From Sphaerodactylus townsendi (lineage: Eukaryota): DNA of 64,000 nt. The position numbers and the translations under genes were made by a program. The stretch is from positions 123,256,001-123,320,000 of the forward strand of contig NC_059428.1 in the NCBI RefSeq assembly GCF_021028975.2, written 5' to 3'. The notes below the pieces were generated by a model. That model did not search any database. It was given only the letters and a program-made list of their open reading frames with translations, and was not told where the DNA came from. Of this stretch, positions 50,939 through 64,000 are shown in pieces (positions within the stretch are counted from its first letter, which is position 1; every line of letters begins with the position of its first letter).

Positions 50939-52966
50939 GAAAGGGACAAATCTAGTCCTTATAAATTCAGAGACTCAGAAGCCTAATATTTCAGTACATG
51001 CAAAAGAAATAAAGCATTAGCTTTGTTTTAATGTAATTTTTTCCAGAGACTAATATATGTGCATAATGTTCTGAGATGTTCCATTCCCTCACCTCAGACT
51101 GCTATCATGGAGATCTTGTACAGTAGGCTCCTAGCCGGAGTTACTCCCTTCTAACCCTATTGACTTCAATGGGCTTAGAAGGGTGTAGCTCCATTAAGGA
51201 TTGCCCAGGGGCTCGGTCTTATAAGCTACAAGTGTTAGTAGAGATTTTCCATCTCATGGGACTGCCTGTTTTGATTTTTCTGTTTTATTGCTATGCTCTA
51301 TTATAATGATTTTTTGTTTTAGTGCCCGAAGCACCTTGGCGGAAAAACACCTTCTGAGCCCATTGGCGTTCTTAATGATTATAATAATTATACATTTAAT
51401 TGCTACTGTAATACTGAAGTGCCTTCCGAGGCATTGCTACCGTTTATTTGATCTATTCAGGCATACAAAAGCTGCAGTTATTAATTTTCTTGGTTCGGCT
51501 GCTGAGACAGGTAGTTAATGGGGGAGGAATTTTCGCCTTTATTTGCATGTCAGTTTATTTTCACGTCAGTTCATCTGAAGATGCTCACCGTTTTGTAATG
51601 GTGCATTTTGTTTTTTTTGGGGGGGGGAAAGAGAGTGAGAGAAGATGGCAACAATGAGAATCAAAGAAGGTACAGTTAGGAATCTAACATGTCACACCTG
51701 TTAAAGATTCTACTTCAGATGTATTTACAATATAAATAATTAATGAAGTCGACTGTTTAATCTTAAGAAATATCCAACAAGAATCAATAGCATATATTGC
51801 GGTATAAGAATGGGTGACACACTAATAAAAGCTTAAAAGTGGTAAAAAAATCCCAANNNNNNNNNNNNNNNNNNNNNNNNNNNNNNNNNNNNNNNNNNNN
51901 NNNNNNNNNNNNNNNNNNNNNNNNNNNNNNNNNNNNNNNNNNNNNNNNNNNNNNNNNNNNNNNNNNNNNNNNNNNNNNNNNNNNNNNNNNNNNNNNNNNN
52001 NNNNNNNNNNNNNNNNNNNNNNNNNNNNNNNNNNNNNNNNNNNNNNTTGCCGAGTTTACTGCCAATTCTAGTAATGGTTTTGGATTGATACTTATCTTTT
52101 TCAAAGGGTTGTAAAATCATGGGTTTTTTTAAGATATTGTTGCTGTTTTGGTTTTGTGCTTGGAGTTCAGTAGCCATATAAGCAGAGGAAGTCTGGCTAA
52201 AATGTCAATAATAACAATAATAACAATAATAACAACAATATTAATAATATGCCTTGGACCCAAGGTGAAATCTGTGTGAAACTTTTTGCAAGGGAGGACA
52301 CACCAGAATTGAATCCTGGATCTGCTAAAAGGCATGAGATAGGGTTGCCAGTCTCCAGGTGTGGCCCAGAGTTCTCTTGGAATCACAACCAAGCTTTACT
52401 GTACAGAGATGGTCCCCCTCGATGGCATCATCTGTGCTGACCTCTGTTCTTTCCCAAGCTCCACCCTCCACAATCTCCAGAAATTCCCCAACCTGGATAT
52501 GGTCACCCTAGTGCGAGGGAATCACAGAAGCACCACTATTACCCACAATACATAGTCTCATTCCTGAGACGTGGTTAGACTGACAGAGGACGCAGCATTC
52601 TGTTTGGGATTGACAGTAGCTGAGCTAACCCTACAGTTGCCAGAAAGATTCCCAATTGCTGTGACAGCACCTGACCCAAGTAATACATACATATCTTTTT
52701 GAATATGAATGGAGTATCCCAATATAATCCATAAAAGCAAGAAATGTAATCCACCCCACACTAAAAGTATTGTAAAATATTGGAAAGGGACCCCTCTCCT
52801 TGTGCATTTGCTATCAGCATGCTTGCTTTGGGATTCCCCCACACTGACAGGCCCTGGAGAAACAAGCGACATGCCTTCCTGCATTCCATTATGACATCTC
52901 CGGGCCTTACCATCATCTCATTTGGCTTCTGATGTTGAGAATGCTGAAGCCGCAGTAGCTTAGCAG

Positions 52967-53160
52967 CAGAGGTGGGATCCAACCAGTTCTCACCACTTCT
53001 CTAGAAGTGGTTACTAATTTTTTTTCTGAGTGCCAAGAAGGGGTTACTAAAGCAATCTCTCTGCCCAATAGGGGCTGGAGGTGCGTGTGTGCGGCGGTAC
53101 CACTGTTTGAATCCCACCACCATTGAAACCTGTTATTAAATTTTTTGGATCTCACCACTG
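52967..53160. mobile_element. hAT MITE
   Basis: cagaggtgggatcc ... ggatctcaccactg; perfect TSD cttagcag. Confidence 0.9.
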
Positions 53161-54134
53161 CTTAGCAGGGTGTGTCTCCGTTACAGACGTAAAGTGTCTT
53201 TCTTCTCCCTGGAGAATTGTAATAGTTTCCAGCGTGTGTGTCAGGACAGGGATTTCTCATTCTCAGCTTTGAGCCGCAGGCCGCAGTTCCTAAAATTCCT
53301 CACGAGGAGATGGGCTATTTCCACTGCCTCTTGTGGATAGCACCATGTGGATAGCTCCTATTGGGGAAAGCTCACTCTGTTGTGAGCATGATTGTGGAGT
53401 ACCCTGTGATCTGGTATAGAAGCCCCATGACCACCTTTGCTCTGCCTCAAAGGGGAAACTGTGGGGTGGCTGTGGGCAGAGTGGCCTTGGGGGTGCTGTT
53501 CCTACATCCAATCCAAGGAGGGGGTGGAGCTAAGCTTTGCTTTCAAAATGGCAGTCTCTTTAATCTCTTTAGTAGCTTCTCCCCCTTCTTACCTGTGCCG
53601 TGGTGTCGCTTTGAGGTGCAGTTCCTCCTCCTTGAAGAGGGGAAGGGATTGCTTGGCACAGAGAGGTAGGATTGCTGCCACCTTGGCATTAATGTGTCAC
53701 AGCATTGTGATGTCACTTCCGAGTACCTGCTCAGATGTGAAACCATAGGGCAGCATGTCCTCCCCCGTCCCTTTTTAGATTATTTTGCTCATTCAAGGAG
53801 TGGCAGAAGCCAGAGGAAGGAGGTTGCCCACCAAAGTCTGCACCCTGGCATGCCTGTGAAAAGGTTTAAAATGGATAGAAAGTATTTATGCAGATAAATG
53901 TGCCCAAACAGTTTAAAACTGGCTGCCCTGGAATTTATAATACCACAGAACTGCTAAATTGGCTCTATACTGAAGAATGGGGTTGGGGGGGGGGGGTTCC
54001 AGGAGGGCAAGTGACCTAAAATTATCTTTGTCGTGACCACATTAATCTGGTTTATTAATGCATCCAGGAGTGCATGAGGCAGTATGCTGGGTTTGTTTTC
54101 CCCGCTCCTCTACGTTAATCCTGCTGAATGACCC

Positions 54135-54460
54135 GGAGCCAGTCACAGTTCTCTCAGAACTTCCTCAACCCCATCTACCTCACAAGGTGTCTATTGTGGG
54201 GAGATGAAGGTAAGGGGATTGTAAGCCACCTTATAGGTAGAAAAAGCTGGATATAAAAACCAGCTCTTCTTCTTTTTCTTCTTCTTCTGACTAATATCTG
54301 AGTGACACCGGTTCAAATCCCAGCTCTGCCAAGGAATCTCACTGGGTGACTTTGGTCCAACCTCTTTCTCTTTTAACTTACTTCATAATGATGTTGTTGT
54401 GAGGAAGAAAGAATGATGTTGTATGTTGCTTTGGGTCCCTGTTAGGAAGAAAACGAGGTA
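54135..54460 (+). mobile_element. Squam3-like 3' part followed by a MIR/Ther1 fragment
   Basis: agtcacagttctctcagaac...(CTT)n, then ggttcaaatcccagctctgcca..gggtgactttgg. Confidence 0.7.
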
Positions 54461-56076
54461 CCGGTATATATAAACAGGCAAATAGAATATTCTCACTAGG
54501 AGAATAACAGAGTTTTCAGCTCTTAGAAAGCTCAGCGGAGTCAGGAATACTTGTAAGCAGTAAACAAATTTTTTTTTTACTCTGCTATCTCCATCTGATC
54601 ATGATGATGGATTCCATTTGAGGATGTTTTGAATCTCAAAGGGAGAGACAAATTGGGATGTCTATTATTCAGTTCCCTGAGTTGAGAGAGCTTTGATGGA
54701 TTCCCCTGCCCCCTTTTACTGAGTTTTGCTTAAAGCAGAAAATAGTTCTGGGCATGAAGGCCATTGCAAGAGTTGACAGAGAAGGATGTTTTAGAAACCA
54801 GATACTTATGTGTTCCAAACTGGAATTTAGGGTTCAGGGTGGGACTTCAGAGGCACTTAGTGCCAAGCTAACTCAAATGATGAATATATTTAGATGTTAT
54901 GGTGGCTAGGGATTCAATACAAAGGTGCCTTTTTCAGTCTTGTACCTATGGAAATAATACCCAACTGTTGTTGTTTAAATTGACAAAAGAGAGCGCTAAA
55001 GTTTGGCGCAAGATAATTGGGGTGGGGCCATGGGTCACTCAAACAGCATCTGCTTGGCATGCAGAAGGGCCCAGTTTCCATTGCTGACATTTCCAGTTTA
55101 AAAGGATCTGGGAATAGGTGCTGGAAAAGTCCCTGGACAGTTTCTGCCTGTCAGAGTAGGCAATGCTGAGCTTGACCAAGGGTCTCTCCCTGTATAAGCT
55201 AGCACACTCCCATGTGCTGTCTGTATGAACATGTGGAAGAAGTGAGAAAGATTTCTCTTGGACCAATTCACATTGCAAGCAGGGGATTTATGGCAAAGTC
55301 CCATACACATAGAAAAGTAGCCTCTCAGGGAGAAAGCAAGGCTAAAACCTCCTTTTAAGGGTTCGAAGTTCAGATTTTTGGCAGGGGAACAGTCAAACGT
55401 GCCAGCCTCCACCTGCCGAATCAAGTGTCACAGCCCAAGGGGGAACATTAACACTAGATTACGGTGCGTGTATCAACTTGGGTTAGAGCTGCACATTCCC
55501 AAGGGACAGCCAGTGTCGGTGTGAAGACACAGTACGCGTTTGGCTCGCAACATAATCTTGGGAGAGTCCCAACGGTAATGCCAGACATCTGAAGCGCCAC
55601 CATGGAGAAGTTTTCTCTGGTACCTTCCTTCACAACTTCTGAATTAGCCCTTTAATGGGCAGCTGCTTGCAGTTGGGGGTGGGGGGAGGATTTTGCTCCA
55701 ACGTGTCTGGGAGAAGATTAATGAACTGTATTTATATATATATAAAAACCACCTCCAGCAGTCATTAAAATGAAGCAGATGATGACTTCAGATGTATAAT
55801 CAGTGCAGAAAAAAAAGGCTAAATTGCTATATATAGGTATGTTTCAGATAACCACATTGTAGTGTCTTGAAACTGTAGCTGTAATCTTCAGCGGCAATAA
55901 AAACTTGCTGTGCTTGGTAACTGATCCCTGGTCAAAAGGGTACATTTCCCAGCAGTGGACGCAATGTCTAGATTGCTGACAGCAATGGTGTTTTCTAGAT
56001 CCTCTGAGATTCCTCAGGTTACTGTTGGAATGACACGTTGATGGTGTGTGCCCTGCCGTGTGTCTTCTCCATATCT

Positions 56077-56243
56077 GACCTGGATCGCCAAAGCTAGCCT
56101 GATCTCATCAGATCGTAAAAGCTAAGCAGGGTCGGCCCTGTTCGGATTTGGATGGGAGAACATCAAAGAAGTCCAGGTATAGCTAAATACAGGCAGGTAA
56201 TGGCAAACCACTTCTGGTTGTCTCTTGCCTTGAAAACCCTATG
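56077..56243 (+). mobile_element. 5S rRNA-derived SINE with Sauria-like tail
   Basis: gcctgatctcatcagatcgtaaaagctaagcagggtcggccctg..ttggatgggaga (5S rRNA-like), then ggcaggtaatggcaaaccacttctg..cttgccttgaaaacccta. Confidence 0.85.
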
Positions 56244-56782
56244 GCAGAGGTCTCCAATATGGTCATCTGGGCACCACGGTGCCCTCTTTACCTGGTGCCC
56301 ACCAAGTATTTTCAGAATGTGGGTGGGGCCAGGTGAAACTCTTGCCCAGCATAGCTTCTGATTGGCCACTGGTGATCTACTGGACTGCACAAATGAAAAC
56401 AGCATAGCTTTGGTGGCAGTTGCCAACACAAGGTTAGTTTTATTCAGCTCTCACCGCCAGTGGGTTTAAATTACCGCTCTTCTTCACTGCACTTGGACTT
56501 TCTCGGGCAGCCATTTTGTGATTACACTTACTACCTTGTATCAGAATTGTGAAAGACCTCTGCCTGAGATGCTGAATAGCCATTGGCAGTCTGAGCAGAC
56601 AAAACTAACTGTGATGGACCAAGAGTTTGATTCAGTATAATACCGTTTCATAGGTTCATCACAGCAGTACAGACATGATGAATAGTCTGGTACTGATTTG
56701 TGGCACAGGTAAAGAACACAGGAAGAGTCCTGCTAGATCAGACCAGTGGTCCATCTAATCCCACATCCTGTTTCACACTGTA

Positions 56783-57311
56783 GTTTGTTCCACACAAGCC
56801 ACTGAAAATGTTTGCAAAATGTTTACAAAACATTTTTGATTCCCCCTCCCCCAAATTTGTCCACAATCACCCCCTCAAAATGCTTCTTGGGCACCATTTT
56901 GTGATTCTTCCAAGGTTTTTATAAATTCTTCTTGGATTTGAAGCTCCAGGGCTTTGTGCTGTGATTCCCTACAGCTTGTGTACTTGACACTTCGAAGATT
57001 TCATCTCCTGAAAAGAAAAAAAGAACTGACAAAAATAAACAGGTGAGACGACTGAGTGAGCTCAGAAAATGGCGCTGAGGAGGAAGTCCAGGGACTGCAG
57101 AGAGGCATGGGAAATGGTTTAAAGAGATTGCACGGCAAGTCAAAACATTTTGAAAATGTTTTCAGCAAAAGTGTCACTAAAATTGAGGATGCATTTAAAC
57201 ATTTTCAGGCAGGAAATAAAACATTTTGGGGTAAAAATTAGACAAAACTCCTCAGAGGGAATATTTTATTTCTTGCCTCAAAACATGTTGTTTTGGTTGT
57301 GCGGAAAGGCC
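56783..57311. mobile_element. Harbinger-like element rich in AAAACATTTT motifs (paralogue at ~61009-61580)
   Basis: Both copies share aaataaacagg..actgagtgagctcagaaa..gaggaggaagt.caggga and ttccacaca/tgcggaaaggcc-type ends. Confidence 0.6.
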
Positions 57312-57699
57312 AGTAGCTAACCAGTTGCCTTGACGTGCCTGCCAACCAATAGGGCAAGGTTGCATCTTAGCCCTGTTTTTGGATGTTTGCTTAACTATTT
57401 TACCCTGCTGTTTGACCACACTTGGGGTTCCTTAGAAACACACTAGTGGGAAAGCTCTGTAAAAAGTGGACACTTGAGTTAGTTAAAATTGTAATGCATA
57501 GGGATTTTTAAATGTTTAATGTTTATACTGTTATGTGGAAGGTTGCGAGCCTGAAAGGGGAGAGCGGCATACTAAATCTAATCTAATTTATTCGCTATCT
57601 GTCAAGGTGAGAACAGAAAGCAAACAATCCCAGAAGGGTTGCCAACTCTAAATGATGCCTACCCTCCTCAGAATTACAGCTGATATCCAGACTACAAAG

Positions 57700-57930
57700 G
57701 GGAAGAAGAAGGTTAGGATTTATACCCTGCTTTTCAGAACCATAAGGAGTTTTGAAGTGGTTTACAAACTTTTTCTCTTCCTCTCCCCACAACAGACACC
57801 TTCTGAGGTAGCTGATGCTGAGAGGGTTCTGAGAGAACTGTGACTGGTCCAAGGTTCCCCAACAGGTTTCATGTGGAGGAGTGGAGGAGTTTCACGAAAC
57901 TGGAGCCCACTGCACCATACCACTACACCA
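57700..57930 (-). mobile_element. Squam3-like SINE
   Basis: (GAA)n tail, body and truncated head. Confidence 0.8.
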
Positions 57931-58560
57931 GTTCCCCTGAAGGAATTTGCGGACTCTATGTTATACATAGTTTCTAGGTGAAATCCCTCCACAAATTTCT
58001 ATCTCCACATAGATTGGGTGGGTAGCGTTACTGGTCCAGATTAGGAATCTCCTACAGATTTGGGGTAGGAGTCCGGGGAAGACAGAGACCTCACTGTGGT
58101 ACAATGCCATAAAGTCTACCCTATAAACCAGCCATTTTCTCCAAGGGAACTGATTTATGTAGTCTGGAGATTAGTTGTAATTCTGGGGGTCCCCAGTTCC
58201 CACCTGGAGGCTGGCATCCCTGAGGCTGGGGTTGCAAGCTCAATACAAAAATAATTCCCCTTCCTTTCAGATTTATGCACACTATTCAGATTCATCCTAT
58301 TATGCTAAGGTTGGCAGGTCCTTCCTAGCCACTTGCAGGGGAGTAGGATGGGGGCAGTGGGGTTGCCAGATCCACGGTGGAAAATACCTGGAGATTTGGG
58401 AGTGGAGCCTGGGGAGGACAGGGACCTAAGTGACATCGAGTCCATCTTCAAAAGCATCCATTTTCTCCAGGGGAACTGAGTTTTGTAGTCTGCAGAATAT
58501 CTGTTATTCCAAGGGATCTCCAAGACCCACCTGAAAGCTAGCATCCTTATCTACACAAGA

Positions 58561-58880
58561 GGAGGAGGAGGAGGAGGAGGAGGAGGAGGAGGAGCAATTT
58601 GTATTTATACCCAGCCTTTCTGTCCTGTAAGGAGTCTCAAGGCAGCTTACAAACTCCTTTCCCTTCCTCTCCTCTTCCCACAACAGACACTTTGTGAGGT
58701 ATGTTGGCCTGAGAGAGTTCTGAATAAATTATGACTAGCCCAGGGTCATGTGGCAGACTTCATGAGGAGGAGCAGGGAAACAAATCCATCAGAGTCCATT
58801 GCTCAAGTGGAGGAATGGGAAACCAAACCCCATTCTCCAGATTAGAGTCCACCTGCTCTTAACTACTACACCATGGTGGC
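58561..58880 (-). mobile_element. Squam3-like SINE with (GGA)11 microsatellite tail
   Basis: (GGA)n at 58561-58593 abuts the SINE 3' end. Confidence 0.85.
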
Positions 58881-58980
58881 TGCTTCCAAATCTCCAGGAA
58901 TTCCCAAGGCCAGAGATAGCAACCATAACTCCTGGTTATGGGGACGCTAATCAGATGAAGGCTATTCCTAACCACACATA

Positions 58981-59758
58981 GGTCAATTCCCCACTGGCAG
59001 AATCATTCTGGGATAGGCCCTGCAGTTGTCCTGGGACTCCCCACGGCTCCTGTCTCAAACTTATGTCTGTTCCAGCTCTGCCTCTTCTTCCCAGTATTTT
59101 TTTTAAACCACCAGGGAGGTACACCTTTTTCTGTTGTCCTCTGGCGAACACAGGATGAACCCAGTATCGTGGGGAATCCTAACCCACCGTGAGTTTCCCA
59201 TTCGTGCCATCAGCCAATCACGGCTAAGTGTCTTGGGCATGCGCAGAATGGGAGATTCATGGCAGGCAGAAACGCACCTTTTTAATTTTTTCTTCTTGCA
59301 TACGAAGCCATGACCATACAACTAATAAGCGCACATTTATGCGCTGTTTCTAGCTATGTAAAGCACTGCTTTGTGACAATGTAGTTATGTAGCCATTACG
59401 TTAAAAAAAAAGGAACGCTCATTCACGTTCCCGCCATAAAACAACAGCCAATCAGGAATGAGGAGCCGAAGAGGCGCTGAGGTGATCCTGCCCTCTGATC
59501 ACGGTTCTAACACAAGACCTCGGCTGCCATGGGATGACTCTGGGATCAACTAGGTACTGTAATTTATGGTCCCAGTTCAATCCCAGAATGATTCCACCCA
59601 TGGGGAATCGACCAATGGTGGGATTCAAATAATTTAACAATCGTTTCTGGTGATGGGATTCAAGTAATTTAACAACTGGTTATTTTACAAGCATCATTTT
59701 AACAACCGGTTCTGCTGAAGTGGTGCGAACGTGCTGAATCCCACCACTGGAATCAACC
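58981..59758. mobile_element. Harbinger-like element whose right TIR is split by a hAT MITE
   Basis: Left TIR ggtcaattccccactggcagaatcattctgggat; right TIR atcccagaatgattccacccatggggaatcgac[c]; ata flanks on both sides. Confidence 0.75.
59613..59749. mobile_element. hAT MITE, CAGTGGTGGGATTC family
   Basis: TSD gaatcgac/gaatcaac; duplicated left end. Confidence 0.9.
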
Positions 59759-60739
59759 ATAGAGAACAGTTCCTAACCACACATGCTTCTCAGAACTGCT
59801 GGGCTCTGATGTTCAGCATTCTCCGGCCTTGTGTTGTTATTCCCACCTTCGACCTACTACCCACCACCAATGCAACTATGTTAGGAAAAACTTTATGTGA
59901 ATCCTTGACAGTTTAAAGCACTCTCAGAACCTTTTAATACGCTCCTGTCTCTTTGCCTGCAGCTGGTATCTTAAGGGTAATTTTCCTATTTTGTGTATGC
60001 TGCTTTGAAGTGCTCGGGATAAAAGGCCCCTGTGAAGTCTTATTGCATTTGTGTTTTGTTACTAGGTTAAAAGAGAGCGGGAGCGTAGTCTGTTTGTTTG
60101 GTTTTTTTACATCTTACCTGGTATTTATAACCAAAGCATTACAGCTCTCTCTCTCGTTTTAAAAAAAGATTCTGTGGGTGAACACAAAACAGCCTTCAAC
60201 AGAATCAACAGTCAGCTGGCAGGGACGTCTCAGCACCTTGTGATGATATCAGCTTGGGGAAGATGTTCTATGCTACAGTCAGCCACTGTGCATACTGGGA
60301 AGCAAATAAATAAAAACTCATGCACACATTTGCACACACAAATCCTTGGCTTATCCAACCCCATATTCACCACAAGCGTGCATGCATACACAAAACAGGA
60401 CAATGACCCTTAAGATACCAGCTGCAAAGCTGCAGGCAAAGAGGCAGGAGCATATTTAAATGTTCTGAGCTGGTAGTCCATTTTCTTTGCAAACCACTTT
60501 CAATGGGACCCAAGTGAATCTGTTCCTCTGCACTTGTGGGTCATATTACACTGGTAATACAAGCCACCTCAGGCTAGCATATGTAATGGTGCTCTATTGA
60601 GAACCACATTCTCAGTGACTCCCAACCTAAAGAGCCACATTCATTTCCATCGCTGGCATGAGATGTTCTCCTCAGAAAGGCCCACACACTGATTACTCAG
60701 TCCAACAGCGTCAGCTATTTCAAAGTGGGAACCAACTAC

Positions 60740-60909
60740 CAGAGGCATATAGCCTATAGGAACATGGGATCACCCATGTCCCCAGGCGCACACCACCAAG
60801 CCCCGCCCCCACCTCCCTGCAGGCCACTCAGGGGCTGGGGAGGTGGGGCTCGGCCTGCAGGGAGGCTGGGGGTTGTCTCCAGGTGCTATTTCCCCCCGAT
60901 ATGCCTCAG
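60740..60909. mobile_element. GC-rich hAT (Tip100-like) MITE
   Basis: cagaggcatat ... atatgcctcag; TSD ccaactac/ccaactat. Confidence 0.85.
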
Positions 60910-63764
60910 CCAACTATTTACCCAAGCAACATTGGGATACGGTCTTGCTCATTTTCCTGAAAAACAGAGTGGGAACCCAATTGGGGAACAGCGGTCAGAA
61001 GAGTCACAGGCCCTTTCCATACAAATCCCCTAAAACATTTCTAAAACATTTTCAATCCCACCCTTACAACTACACACGCCTGTACTCACCCCCTCAAAAT
61101 GATTCCTGGTCTCCATTATGTGATTTTCCCCTTCTCTTCCTCCTCCTCTTTCTTCTTCTTGTTCCGGTTCTTCTTTTTGAATTCTGTGTTGAATCACTGC
61201 TTCAGTGCTTCACAGCCTCATGCCACGATTCTCTACTCCTTGTAAACTCGATGCTTCGAAGACTTCCCCTCCCAAATAAAAGAACAAAGAAATGATGCAA
61301 ATAAACAGGCAAGGGGGAACTGAGTGAGCTCAGAAAGTCGCACCGAGGAGGAAGTTCAGGGAAGCAGAGAAGCATGGGCAATTTAGTAAATAGATCGCAC
61401 AGTAACTGAAGATGTTGTCAAAGCATTTCAACTAGATAATTGTTTTAAAAGCGGATTCATTGGAAACATTTTGAGGCTGCAAATAAAGGGTTTGGGGATA
61501 AAAACAATGTGACGCTCCATGGAGAAAACATTTCATTTCCTGTCTCAAAACATTTTAAAATGTTTGTGTGGAAAAGAGCGACTGACAGCACTTCAAAGAG
61601 CCATATGTTGCTCTTGAGCCACTGACTGATTATGCACAAGGTGTTTGCCACATGGTGGAAGCAAATGTCCACAGCGGCAAGATTTCTTGTACAGATGTAT
61701 TTCATCTAGCTCTGCTTTAACTTTCCACTCTCTCCATGGCAAGTGAAACCACTTGTAGCATTAATTTGCTTTGTTGCCAGAGCAGCGCAGATGTGCCAGT
61801 GGGAAAGCTTTGTTCTGAGCCTCTTCCCTCCATCCATGGCCAGATCTCCTAGTCTCACAACTCACTCCCTCAAGCTACTTTACATGCTTCCCCCTCCCCC
61901 TCCTCCTCCTCCTCCTCCTCCTCCCTGTTACTGACTCCTCGCTTTTTTCCTGCCATATCATTTCTATTGGCCGTCCCACCAGAGGTGTACCTGGGCAAAA
62001 TGGAGCCCGGGGCACAAATCTGAGTTTCCCACCCCTCCCTGGGCTCCATTTCCCCTAGATATGGGGGGGGGGGAGATTGAGCCATTTGCGGATCTCATGG
62101 AGGAGTGCCAGGTTGGCGACCATGCCTAGGTCTACCACCCAAAAGCTGGCGAGGCGCCCAGGTTTACCACCCAAAGCCAGCGAGCACGGTCTGGGCATGG
62201 AGGGAGCCACCATGCACCACACCGCAGGAGAGGCCAGGTGCAAGGACTCAGCCGGTGCTTGGACCCCCCCCCCCAAGAGATTAGATGGCATGTGCCCAGG
62301 GACATGGCCCTGCTCCCCACTCCTGCATATCTTTAGATCTTTAGATTTTAAAAAAATTAAATAACCATATCAATGGATGGATGAATCAATACAACAACAG
62401 CACCTTTTATTTGCATATAAATTAATTAATGAAAAATAGAAATAGAAATAAATAAAACTACCTGCATGTGTCAATGTAGGTAGGGGAAAATAAAATGTTA
62501 AAACAATTTACACTGAGACGAGTCAATAACACTGAAAATGTAAAAATAATATTAGTCAATCAGTTCAACACTAGATTTGCCTGTGCGTTTGATCAACAAA
62601 CTGGGACAGTGGGTAATATTGCCAAACATGCCCCAAAACAAAGACTCTGCAGCCAATTCTCTTTGAAGTCGCAGGAACCTCACCATGCATAACTGGCCAC
62701 TGAGTATCACTGAGTTAACTCTTTCAAAGGTCTTCCTCCACTGAGCATCTTCAAAAAATGTGATAGGCAAGAAAAGCACAGTCAGAGGCATATTGGGGGG
62801 AAATGGCACCCAGGGACAACATCGCTCTGGGGGCCCCTCTGGCCCCATGCCCCCGCGGCCCCACGCTGGGGGTGGGGGTGGCTAAGACAGACACCACAGC
62901 AGCAGGCTGGCTCCTGGGCAGGCCCTGGGGAGGGCAGAAGCCAGTCTTCAGGAAGGTGAGGGGAAGGACAGGGCGCCACGGCTGGCAGCCCAGGAGGTGA
63001 CCTGCCACGGTGCCTGCCCAAACCACCTCCGCCCCCCGCCTCCAAGCCCTGCCCTAAGGGCTAGAAACTGTGGCCTCCAGGCTTGGCTTTGCAAAAAAAT
63101 GATGATTAGATTTTGAAGATGGACCTTAAGGAAAAATGGGTGATTTGTTCTTATTTTTGGCATGCAGAAAAGGGTGACCACCACCAAGGATTAAATTCAT
63201 TTTGATGGTATGTGTCGAATAGAATTTAAGGTCCCCTCTCGAGACCTTTTGTTACAATCATGGGTACCAACGCCTATCAATAGCATGTGACGGTATCTGC
63301 GATTCTCTTGGTTCATGCAGTGTTGTGTGAACAGGAACATTGTGTATATATTATCTGACATATTCAGCTTTCATATGTGCAAAGCGACCACTAAATTTTT
63401 CAGAGTTTGCATTCATGTATGCACACATCATAAATATACAGTGTCTGAAATGGACTTCTCTGAAGGGTGGAGAGCTGTGTTTCAAAGTTTGAAAAGATGG
63501 GGTGTGTAGTCCCTGACATTCCCCATCTGCTTTGGTCCCAACATTCCAGAGAACAAAAGACAGGTTTGTGGGACAGCTAGAAATACACAAAAGGGAGATG
63601 AAAAGTGTCGTTTCCTTGCAATTAACAAAACCATCCAAAGGCAGGAATTGGGAAAGATCGGAGAAGAGTCAGCTGCATGAATAGCAATTTTAAGTCATGT
63701 TGGTAGTCCTTCAGAAGCAAAGCTGACCATGTAGAGAACTTGTTTCAAAATGACACCGATTTGT

Positions 63765-63975
63765 TTATTTTATTTATACTCTGCCTTTCTTTCCAGTAGG
63801 GACTCCCATCATTGTCCTACAATTTATCATCACAATAACCCTGTGAGGTCAGTTAGGCTGAGGGAGTGTGACTGGCTCGAGGATACCCAGCAAGATCCCA
63901 TGGCATGAATGGGTATTTGAACCCAGCTCACTGAGATACTAGTCCTACACTCATAACCACTACAGGCCACTGGTT
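63765..63975 (-). mobile_element. MIR/Ther1-type SINE
   Basis: cacaataaccctgtgaggt..ggctgag..gtgactggc..atttgaacccag..taaccactac. Confidence 0.75.
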
Positions 63976-64000
63976 CTCTTATCTTCTGATGTACCCACCT

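Noticed and set aside
56095-56160. 5S rRNA gene
   Set aside because: Partial, diverged and fused to a SINE tail; not a functional 5S gene.

Overview
Vertebrate (squamate, most likely gecko, judged from its repeat families) genomic DNA, not prokaryotic. The only host coding sequence I can support is the last exon of KLF12 on the + strand (22548-22729; C2H2 zinc fingers 2 and 3, ending [12 protein letters not shown]). It is preceded by at least 22.5 kb of its final intron, in which I did not find the finger-1 exon. It is followed by a putative ~11.7 kb 3' UTR ending near AATAAA at 34398, then ~30 kb of gene-free DNA. The rest is a dense, nested transposon landscape: a non-autonomous Helitron with both termini, many hAT MITEs with readable 8-bp target-site duplications (TSDs), Tc1/mariner- and Harbinger-type MITEs, tRNA- and 5S-derived SINEs, and CR1, L2, L1, Rex1/Babar and Penelope-like fragments. 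Several TE-free, motif-rich blocks look like candidate enhancers. Nearly all ORFs in the track are spurious. I see no novel multi-gene system. The best leads are the composite Helitron, a sequence module shared across transposon superfamilies, a hairpin-templated insertion in a SINE, hammerhead-like relics and miR-137 sites in the UTR, and a possible poison exon. Repeat family names come from recalled motifs, not database searches. There are four N gaps.
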